This document shows positions 57,044 through 64,000 of a DNA stretch of 64,000 nt, piece after piece. The notes below the pieces were generated by a model that was not told the origin of the DNA, did not search any database, and saw nothing but the letters and a program-made list of their open reading frames with translations. Position 1 is the stretch's first letter; each line of letters begins with the position of its first letter. The stretch is from Saprospiraceae bacterium (GTDB lineage Bacteria > Bacteroidota > Bacteroidia > Chitinophagales > Saprospiraceae). The stretch is taken from the NCBI GenBank assembly GCA_016722295.1, contig JADKGL010000029.1, forward strand, positions 147,040-211,039, written 5' to 3'. A program made the position numbers and the translations under genes.

Positions 57044-57466
57044 TCATGCAGTTTCAGCAAGCTGTTTTAACGACCTCAATACTTGATTTTCTTCACCTTG
57101 AGGTTCTTCTTGAATCGCATTTGGTCTATTGTCTTCTTGGATGATTTCAAGTTTTGTTTGTCCATTATCGTCAGTTAAAACGTAACTCATAATAAAATAA
57201 TTTTCAGCTTTGTCTTCCAAGTCTGGTCTTGGTGCAAACAAACTATATTTTACTATTTCGTTAGGCCTAAATTCTAAAACTTTTCCCCACTGTTCGAAAA
57301 CTTTGTCTTCCCATTCAGTTCTGAATCTTATATCACTACCACTTTCCCAGGTAGTCAATAGATCGCTACCATATTGCCAAAGTTTTACAAACTCTGGTTT
57401 CGTAATTATGTCCCAAACTTTATGAATAGGAGCATTGATTTTAATAGCTGAAATATTTGTTGCCAT
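57044..57466 (-). CDS. SRPBCC-superfamily protein (AHSA1/START-like)
   Basis: 140 aa. INAPIHKVWDIITKPEFVKLWQYG....GKVLEFRPNE pattern. Confidence 0.8.
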   Translation of the reverse strand: MATNISAIKINAPIHKVWDIITKPEFVKLWQYGSDLLTTWESGSDIRFRTEWEDKVFEQWGKVLEFRPNEIVKYSLFAPRPDLEDKAENYFIMSYVLTDDNGQTKLEIIQEDNRPNAIQEEPQGEENQVLRSLKQLAETA

Positions 57467-57709
57467 ATTTTTATATTTTTTATTTTTATTTTATTTACTC
57501 AACATACAGTTCAGTGTTTATTGTCTTGATTTTGAGTCTAGCTTTGGTCTAGAATTTCGTTTTTAAATTTTGCTTCTTTCTTGGCTCACTAACAATTTTA
57601 GGTTTGCCGATACGATGCGATTCCAAGATTACTATTCAGTTTTGTATTAATGTTAAATGGAATTCTAAATATCCACTTGAAATTGTGCCCTGCTTTTGAC
57701 AAACCCGTA

Positions 57710-58111
57710 TTAGTTATTCGTAACATTTTGCTGGTTTACTATTTTCCACAACAAAAAAGCTGAAATTCCTGTCAAGATTGAACATGATTTTTCAAAATAA
57801 GTTTTTGAGAAAAGATTCCCAAAAGTATTCAGTAAAAAAATGGCAAAGAAAACCCATAGAATTGCATTAAGTATCCTGCTTGAAAACTTGTATTTTATCA
57901 AATCTCCTTTCATTAATAATATGGCAACCAAAAGTAGATTTAATAGAATTGAAACACTTTCAAAAACATACATTTCGTTTTCGTTTTGAAGCCTTCCTCC
58001 CCAAGTTATGTCATATGGTATAATTTTTACAATTATACAAATATGAAAAAGAATTACAGCTATTATGAGTACTAAAAGTTTCTTGATTGATTGGTTGAAT
58101 TTGTGGTTCAT
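57710..58111 (-). CDS. hypothetical membrane protein
   Basis: 133 aa, four hydrophobic helices. No family recognised. Confidence 0.45.
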   Translation of the reverse strand: MNHKFNQSIKKLLVLIIAVILFHICIIVKIIPYDITWGGRLQNENEMYVFESVSILLNLLLVAILLMKGDLIKYKFSSRILNAILWVFFAIFLLNTFGNLFSKTYFEKSCSILTGISAFLLWKIVNQQNVTNN

Positions 58112-58117
58112 AAAAAC

Positions 58118-58331
58118 TTAGTAAAAGTTGATTCCTAAAAGCATTGCAGTTGTAAGTCCAATGGTCTTACCGATTGGTAAATTTACATTACAATAATTAA
58201 TTCTAGCTTCTAAATCCAATATAAAATTTTTCTTTCTATTAAGTTCATAGCCAATACGGCATTATTTCCTCCCAAATAAAACAGACTAAACTTGCTCCGT
58301 GTATCAAGACTATTCCAGTCTTATTATTCAA
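58118..58331 (-). pseudogene. eroded alpha/beta-hydrolase-like gene start (two short frames)
   Basis: From TTG 58331, my translation (L)NNKTGIVLIHGASLVCFIWEEIMPYWL* matches the oxyanion-strand pattern xVLIHGA..W. It continues in another frame as GYELNRKKNFILDLEARINY...*. Confidence 0.3.
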
Positions 58332-58494
58332 TCTGTTGTTTGTTTAATGGCTGTGATGATGATTGTTTTTATGAATACTCAAATTTAGTAAAATGTTCAA
58401 TATAATTTTATTTGCTGAGACTTGGAATGAGGCCATACTTTTGCCTAGCCTATATTGACCGTATTTTAATTTTTTACGAAACTGAAAGCTTAGT

Positions 58495-59232
58495 TTACCA
58501 AGGAATTTCCTCTGTCTCTGGGTTATTTTCTTCGCTAAAAAATTTTCCTGTAGGTCCATCTTTGCCGATAAACGCATATTTTAAAATTCTCTTTGCTGCA
58601 TCTTCTATCTTACCCGTGCCGCGGTGTCCATTAAAATCTGTCTTTGTGTATCCAGGACAAACAGCATTTATTTTGAAGTGACTATTTTTTAATTCATATG
58701 CTAAGACAACCGTATACATATTCAATGCTGACTTTGAAGAAAGATAAACTACTCCTTTGTAGTCGTAGTATTTGTATGCTGGGTCGCTATGCAATGTTAT
58801 TGAACCTTGACTTGAACTAACATTTACTATACGAGGCTCAGGAGATTTTTTTAATAAATCAATAAAAGCCTGGGTGACTCTTACAACACCATAGACATTT
58901 GTATCAAAGGTAGCTTTGAATTGGTCTATTGATGCATCGAGAGCTGCTTGGGGATAGCCACCATATATGCCTGCATTATTGATAAGAATGTCCAATATTT
59001 TTGTTTTCTTACCAATCTCTGCTCGAGCATTTTTTACTGATTCATCATCAGTAATATCAAGTTGAATAGCTTCTACATTGTTAAATCCGTCTAATTTTAA
59101 TTGGTTCGTAGCATCTAAACCATTTTCTAAATTACGACTAGCTAGAAATACATAAATATCTTTTTGAGCAAGTTGTCTCGCAACTTCATAGCCAATACTT
59201 TTGTTAGCTCCTGTAACTAATGCTGTTTTCAT
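58495..59232 (-). CDS. short-chain dehydrogenase/reductase (SDR)
   Basis: 245 aa. TGANKSIGYE cofactor loop, NNAG, catalytic YxxxK as YLSSKSALN. Confidence 0.9.
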   Translation of the reverse strand: MKTALVTGANKSIGYEVARQLAQKDIYVFLASRNLENGLDATNQLKLDGFNNVEAIQLDITDDESVKNARAEIGKKTKILDILINNAGIYGGYPQAALDASIDQFKATFDTNVYGVVRVTQAFIDLLKKSPEPRIVNVSSSQGSITLHSDPAYKYYDYKGVVYLSSKSALNMYTVVLAYELKNSHFKINAVCPGYTKTDFNGHRGTGKIEDAAKRILKYAFIGKDGPTGKFFSEENNPETEEIPW

Positions 59233-59299
59233 TTTTTTTATTTAAGACGTAAAGGTAGAGAGACGATTACAAGAGCTGATGGACAATTCAATTTATTGT

Positions 59300-60169
59300 C
59301 TAGACAAATCGTGCCGGTTTTCTAAAAAACTCACTTACATTTTTTCCTGTGCATTTTTTGAAAAGACGTGAAAAGTAATCGGGGTCGTTAAAACCTAATT
59401 CATAAGCTAATTCTTTTACTGACAATGAAGAGTATTGTAATTTTCTTTGCGCTTCAATGATTAAACGATTAGTGAAAAAATCTTTTGGTGAAATACCCGA
59501 ATGTTCTTTAACAATGCGATATAAACTGTTAGTAGTTAAAGCTAATTTTTCGGCTATAGTATTGATAGATGGTTGCTCAGTGAGATGAGCTTCTACTACT
59601 AATTTGAACTCTATAAATTTTGAGAGATTATTGTTTACTATATTTATAGGCTCTTTGTTTTTGAAATAAGCACAATTCAATTCTACTAATATTGAGTTTA
59701 AGTATGCCAATATTATTTCAGTGTCTGTTTGATTTTTATCTATATGAAGAATTTGATTTAAAATTTCAAACCCCATTCTTACTCTATGCTTTGATGTGTC
59801 ATCAAAAATTAGTGTTTGTGAGTTTAAAGGGTTGACTAAAAAAGGAAATTGTTGAGGTAATAATGTCAACGTGTTTTCATCAAATAATATCTTAAAATAT
59901 TTTAAATTGTCTGTTTTAGAAGGTGGTGTAAAAACTTGATTCGGCATGGCAAAGAGCAGTTGCCCATCAATAAGTGTTATATCCTCTAAGTCTAATTTAT
60001 AAGTAATTGAACCACTTTCAATAAATACAATAAAATAAGAAGTTAATCTTCGTGGTTGAAGAAACTTTTGTGGAATATCGGCTGTGTGATAGGGATTTTT
60101 GTCTGAATTAATTTTTATCTCCAATTTGTCGTTTTTTATTTTGTCTTTTTTTTTGTTGGTTATTTGCAA
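59300..60169 (-). CDS. AraC-family transcriptional regulator
   Basis: 289 aa with a TTG start (no in-frame ATG upstream). C-terminal double HTH ..SINTIAEKLALTTNSLYRIVKE...VKELAYELGFNDPDYFSRLFKK. Confidence 0.85.
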   Translation of the reverse strand: MQITNKKKDKIKNDKLEIKINSDKNPYHTADIPQKFLQPRRLTSYFIVFIESGSITYKLDLEDITLIDGQLLFAMPNQVFTPPSKTDNLKYFKILFDENTLTLLPQQFPFLVNPLNSQTLIFDDTSKHRVRMGFEILNQILHIDKNQTDTEIILAYLNSILVELNCAYFKNKEPINIVNNNLSKFIEFKLVVEAHLTEQPSINTIAEKLALTTNSLYRIVKEHSGISPKDFFTNRLIIEAQRKLQYSSLSVKELAYELGFNDPDYFSRLFKKCTGKNVSEFFRKPARFV

Positions 60170-60390
60170 TTTGCATTTATTGGTTTTGTATGGTGTCGTT
60201 ATTTAATACCACTAATGATTGGCACTTAATGAATAACTAGATTAGTACTACCATAGTTCATCAAATGCATATTTTTTGTGTAGTCATAAATGTGTTATTG
60301 AAGCACTAAACATTCATTTCTACCAAAACCATTATTAACGGTTCTTTGTTTTCAATTTATACTTTTCGGGTTTAGTTTTAGCTCGTTCGA

Positions 60391-60555
60391 TTAGTTTGGA
60401 TTACCTTTTTGAAACCAAATAATATGGTAAAAATTTGTTCTATGAGTTGAAGTTAAAATGCCTTTTTGAGTTTCAAAAGTCGAAGCAATGTCAAGTATTT
60501 CAAATTCTTGCGAAAGTCCTGACTTGAAATCGTATTTTTTAATGTCTGTTGTCAT
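60391..60555 (-). pseudogene. 54-codon fragment resembling an AraC-family N-terminal (ligand-binding) region
   Basis: My translation MTTDIKKYDFKSGLSQEFEILDIASTFETQKGILTSTHRTNFYHIIWFQKGNPN*. HR.NFYHIIWF.KG is the typical Bacteroidota AraC N-terminal motif. Truncated by TAA. Confidence 0.4.
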
Positions 60556-60850
60556 TGCCATTGTGTTGGTACAATTACCTCTACTGTTTTACGGATTCCC
60601 GAAGAGCAGAATTATTATCACAAAGCTTCATTTGGTGCATTGAACTTTTGGCTCCCACAAAACTGTCTACAGCGCACGAGACTCCGCCTTTTGTAAATGT
60701 GCTTTCATATGCTGCACTTTCTATCATTTTGTGTTTGCCGATCCTGACAAATTTAAAGTTATGTCTTTTTTTGCTTATTCGCTTTAGCTGTACTTTGACC
60801 TATTTAGAAGTCTGGTGAGTAAATAGATACAAGAATTTAATTGCCATTGA

Positions 60851-62449
60851 TTAATCAACCAAAATTAATTTCTTAGTGATCGAATTTTGACCTGACTTTA
60901 TTTTTATGTAGTAATGCCCTGAAGGGAGCCAGTCAGCATTTATTTGCGAATTATGTTCACCAATATTAAGCTTATCATCCATTAGTCTCATAACTTCTCT
61001 TCCAAAAATGTCGCATAGTGAAACACTGACTCTTGCGGATTCGGTTAAAGTAATTGATATTGTAAACTGATTTTTTGCTGGGTTAGGAAATACATTGGCT
61101 GAGGTCATCGTAAGCTTGTTTTCTTTTACTCCTGATATTCTGTCAGGGCTTAGAACGAGAATAAATCTGTTACCTTCATCGGAACTAATATAAACTTTAC
61201 CCAACTTGTCAATGGCTATACCTACAGGTCTGCCCCAAAAAGTACGGTTAACTGTGTCAGTTATAAAACCTGAACAAAAATCTGCAATATAATCTACTGT
61301 TGTATCCTGAGCCGAAGACAAGTGACCATAAATTACTTTATATCCTCGAAAATCACGTGGATTGGTCGTATTCCAAGAACCTCTCATGGCTGATATAAAT
61401 CCGTACTGCATGGTCGTGCCAAACTGTGGGTTAAGAAATTGGAGTGCCATTGGAGCTGAGTGTGCACGTATTAATGCAGCAGGGTGAACAAGCGATGCAA
61501 CCTTGGCTGAATCTATAGCAGTAATAGGTAGTAACGACTGATAAGCGCCTAAGTTAAAATTAAACCATTCACCTCCACCATAGGCAAATGGATGTCCATA
61601 AAAGCCATTGTCCCTCACAATATCTATCCATTCAGGAGGTGTTTCATTGCCCTGTTGATCGCTGCCATTATTATTGGCCCACAAGCGGTTTGTAACTGGA
61701 TGCATTGCCATGCCAACTGCATTTCTTATACCAGATGCGAATATTCTGCCACCAGTACCGTCCTCATTATATTCTTTGATCACAGCACGGTCGGTCGTTT
61801 CCCTGCATACATTGCATGAGGAACCAATCGAAACGTATACCTTATGGTTTATAGAATCAAATACAATGGTGCGTGTAGTATGACCTCCTGTGTTGTTATT
61901 AATGCCACTAATAAATATTGTCTTTGTTTCATAAACTCCATCGGCATCCCCATCTGTACACTTCCATATTCTGGTGGGTTCTGTAACATACATTGCACCT
62001 TTGTAAAACGTTATATCATGATTTCCTGAAAAGCCAGTTGCAGATTCAATGATTGTATCAGCAACTCCATCCATATTAGTATCCGGCAAAGCAAATACTT
62101 TTCCAGCACTCATATCAGACACATGCAATATGTCAGTCGGACTAAATGCCATGAATCTGGGTTTTATTAATCCACCTGCATGATAAACCGAAACAGAATA
62201 GTTTGTAGGCACACTTAGTGTTCTCGTTCCAGGGAAAACTCCAATAAACTTTGCAGGAACATTTACTGTATCAATATATGTACCAAGGCTGACAACAGGC
62301 GTTAGCAGTGCAGATTGCGAATAAACAAATTGCGTGGAGAGGATTAACAGTAACACTAGTCGGGACCTAAGTAAGTCGTATCTGTTTAAACCTATTGTAG
62401 TATTGTATAAAATTGAATTGTTCATATATTTTCTTCTTATTAAAGACAC
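60851..62449 (-). CDS. PQQ-dependent sugar (sorbosone/glucose) dehydrogenase-like beta-propeller with T9SS C-terminal sorting domain
   Basis: 532 aa. GGHTTRTIVFD, GSSCNVC, GIRNAVGMAMHP..LWANNNGSD...PPEW..YGHPF motifs. Tail VFPNPAKNQFTISITL...YYIKIKSGQNSITKKLILVD. Confidence 0.8.
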   Translation of the reverse strand: MSLIRRKYMNNSILYNTTIGLNRYDLLRSRLVLLLILSTQFVYSQSALLTPVVSLGTYIDTVNVPAKFIGVFPGTRTLSVPTNYSVSVYHAGGLIKPRFMAFSPTDILHVSDMSAGKVFALPDTNMDGVADTIIESATGFSGNHDITFYKGAMYVTEPTRIWKCTDGDADGVYETKTIFISGINNNTGGHTTRTIVFDSINHKVYVSIGSSCNVCRETTDRAVIKEYNEDGTGGRIFASGIRNAVGMAMHPVTNRLWANNNGSDQQGNETPPEWIDIVRDNGFYGHPFAYGGGEWFNFNLGAYQSLLPITAIDSAKVASLVHPAALIRAHSAPMALQFLNPQFGTTMQYGFISAMRGSWNTTNPRDFRGYKVIYGHLSSAQDTTVDYIADFCSGFITDTVNRTFWGRPVGIAIDKLGKVYISSDEGNRFILVLSPDRISGVKENKLTMTSANVFPNPAKNQFTISITLTESARVSVSLCDIFGREVMRLMDDKLNIGEHNSQINADWLPSGHYYIKIKSGQNSITKKLILVD

Positions 62450-62607
62450 TTAAATTGCCAATAAGGTTGAACTTAACGTTTGACAGCTACCCGAAGGTGG
62501 TGATTTCAAAGCGATTCACTGTTAACAAAGCAGAAACTTTGATAGAAGCACAAAGCATGATTTAATCACTGTATCGCCACTTTTGGGTAGGTGCTGTTAA
62601 ACACAGT

Positions 62608-63645
62608 TTATTCGGTTTTTATAAATCTTGTGTTATATTGATTCCCTGAATTATTAGTAATACTCAAAAAATAAATACCATTTGGTAAACTTGAAACATT
62701 AATGCAATCTTGATTGTTTTTATTTATTTCAGATAATTTCAGCGTTCCAAAGATATCTCTAATTTCGATTTTGATGAACCCATTGTTATCATTAATTTCA
62801 ATAGTCATTTTATCTTTGACTGGATTAGGATACAATGAAATTCTATTTTCAACATTGGGTTTTAACCCTGTTAAAATCATGGAATCTATACGAGTAAATA
62901 TGTATTCTAAAGGTCCGTATGTGCCAAAGTGCCACTGTTCAAGTTTAAAAACATTGCCACTATTATAAAACTTTATCGTTCTGAGCTCATCATTTGTTGT
63001 TGAAAAATTATCATAGCGAATTAGCATATCACCATTTGCAATTCCCAAGTAATTTACATTTAAAACTGTTATTTTCTTATCTGGATAATCATTATCAGTT
63101 CCATAATAAAAAGCAGTAGGATAACAAACTTCAGAACCATTAAAATATTTATAACAAGATATTGCATGAGATGAATAATGTCCATCAATTTGAACCGTTA
63201 GATCAACATTGTATGGTGGAGTCCAGGGATTCACAATACTTCCTATCCAATGACCCGTTAAATAATTTTGATAATCGATAATCGATAAATTTGTCAAAAA
63301 GACTGTAGTATCATAAGAATAGTCAATTCTATAATAAGAACTGGTTATGGAGCTATATTGATTAGCACTATCAATTGTTACAGCTTTGATTCTAAAAATA
63401 GTTTCATCACCCGAAATTAATATCGGTAAAGTATATAAATTGCTTGTTGTATCCGGAGTAGAACTATCTGTCGTATAAAATATTCTGACATTATTAGATT
63501 CCGTATACAGTTGTAATAAAAGGTCATGATTATATGCTCCCGCCATGATACTATATTTAGGTGCATATACCTGATATGGTTGCGCAATTATTAAATCAAA
63601 TTGCAACATAAGTAAAATTGCTAATAAAGTTATCTTTGATTTCAT
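62608..63645 (-). CDS. secreted protein with chitobiase/hexosaminidase-C-like N-terminal module and T9SS C-terminal sorting domain
   Basis: 345 aa. Signal peptide; IFYTTDSSTPDTTSNLYTLPILISGD motif; tail ISLYPNPVKDKMTIEIN...GIYFLSITNNSGNQYNTRFIK. Confidence 0.7.
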   Translation of the reverse strand: MKSKITLLAILLMLQFDLIIAQPYQVYAPKYSIMAGAYNHDLLLQLYTESNNVRIFYTTDSSTPDTTSNLYTLPILISGDETIFRIKAVTIDSANQYSSITSSYYRIDYSYDTTVFLTNLSIIDYQNYLTGHWIGSIVNPWTPPYNVDLTVQIDGHYSSHAISCYKYFNGSEVCYPTAFYYGTDNDYPDKKITVLNVNYLGIANGDMLIRYDNFSTTNDELRTIKFYNSGNVFKLEQWHFGTYGPLEYIFTRIDSMILTGLKPNVENRISLYPNPVKDKMTIEINDNNGFIKIEIRDIFGTLKLSEINKNNQDCINVSSLPNGIYFLSITNNSGNQYNTRFIKTE

Positions 63646-63681
63646 AATTTTTTTTTAATTTGTGTTTAACATCTCGCTTTA

Positions 63682-63735
63682 CGCAAGTTTAAACTTGCGG
63701 CAATCTACTATTATCCGAGAAATATACGCAAGTTT
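63682..63735. promoter_or_regulatory. perfect 18-nt palindrome CGCAAGTTTAAACTTGCG plus a third ACGCAAGTTT half-site
   Basis: Palindrome at 63682-63699; the extra copy acgcaagttt at 63726-63735 is identical to 63681-63690. The sites lie 37-90 nt upstream of the 345-aa T9SS cargo gene. Confidence 0.4.
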
Positions 63736-64000
63736 CTTTTTGTGGGAGAGCTTTATGCTATGAAGTTGAAATTGGTTATGTTGTTTTTTCATATGTATTG
63801 ATTTAAAACTGTTGACAAATATAGGATATTTACAATAAATTTGTCTAATTTTAATTTTACTGATTATTTTGTATTGTTTACTTCTGTTATCGGGGTATAA
63901 ATTTCAGTAGTTTTGAGTGATTTAAGACTCAGAGTTAACTGCATATACAGGATATATAATCATCCCTCAATTTGATGCGTCAATCTGCTTCGAAGGAATA

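Noticed and set aside
58344-58681. Track ORFs 58344..58577 (-) and 58412..58681 (+)
   Set aside because: Both overlap the 3' end of the well-supported SDR gene and the adjacent spacer, with Lys/Arg-rich nonsense-like translations.
1-64000. Scan for rRNA, tRNA, transposase/integrase genes, IS ends and prophage genes
   Set aside because: I saw no tRNA-like T-loop or acceptor patterns, no rRNA-like GC-rich blocks, and no ORF with DDE, tyrosine- or serine-recombinase motifs. This is a by-eye scan only; tRNAscan-SE, Infernal and ISfinder would be decisive.

Overview
This 64-kb window comes from an AT-rich Bacteroidota chromosome. The evidence is a SusC/SusD pair, three proteins with T9SS C-terminal sorting domains, an SprB-type repeat and many lipoprotein signal peptides. 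I found no rRNA, tRNA, CRISPR array, transposase or integrase. All calls come from reading motifs by eye in the ORF track and sequence; no database search or computation was run. Layout: 1-21.6 kb is mostly housekeeping (coaE, aldehyde dehydrogenase, mannose-1-P guanylyltransferase, tilS, bcp, M23 peptidase, meaB, iscS-iscU-iscA). 21.8-29.4 kb holds metal and stress genes (P1B ATPase, DUF2892, TauE, GNAT, a beta-lactamase-family hydrolase, DinB). 29.4-32.7 kb is a visibly AT-richer two-gene cassette with no assignable families; one of its genes needs a -1 shift at a U UUU UUG run to be full length. 33.3-38.9 kb encodes three large exported proteins, one broken by an in-frame TAA. 39.0-40.4 kb has a complete RelE/ParE-type toxin-antitoxin pair with an inverted-repeat operator candidate, decayed DNA and a solo HigA. 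The most system-like part is 41.4-52.3 kb. There a SusC/SusD pair sits between two paralogous hybrid histidine kinases, followed by a stand-alone receiver and an Hpt protein. No enzymes and none of the usual PUL regulators lie next to them. A divergent LytTR regulator is adjacent, and four phased TTATCNAAYGGT direct repeats occupy the two neighbouring promoter regions. A structured 59-60-nt tandem repeat fills 52294-52446. 52.4-60.8 kb is an accessory patchwork (FMN reductase, B12-radical SAM, Ada, GNAT, SRPBCC, SDR, AraC) with three gene remnants. 60.8-63.7 kb carries two T9SS cargo genes, one with a palindromic operator-like site upstream. Several gene lesions (a lost start codon, a frameshift, a nonsense codon, fragments) point to either gene decay or assembly errors.
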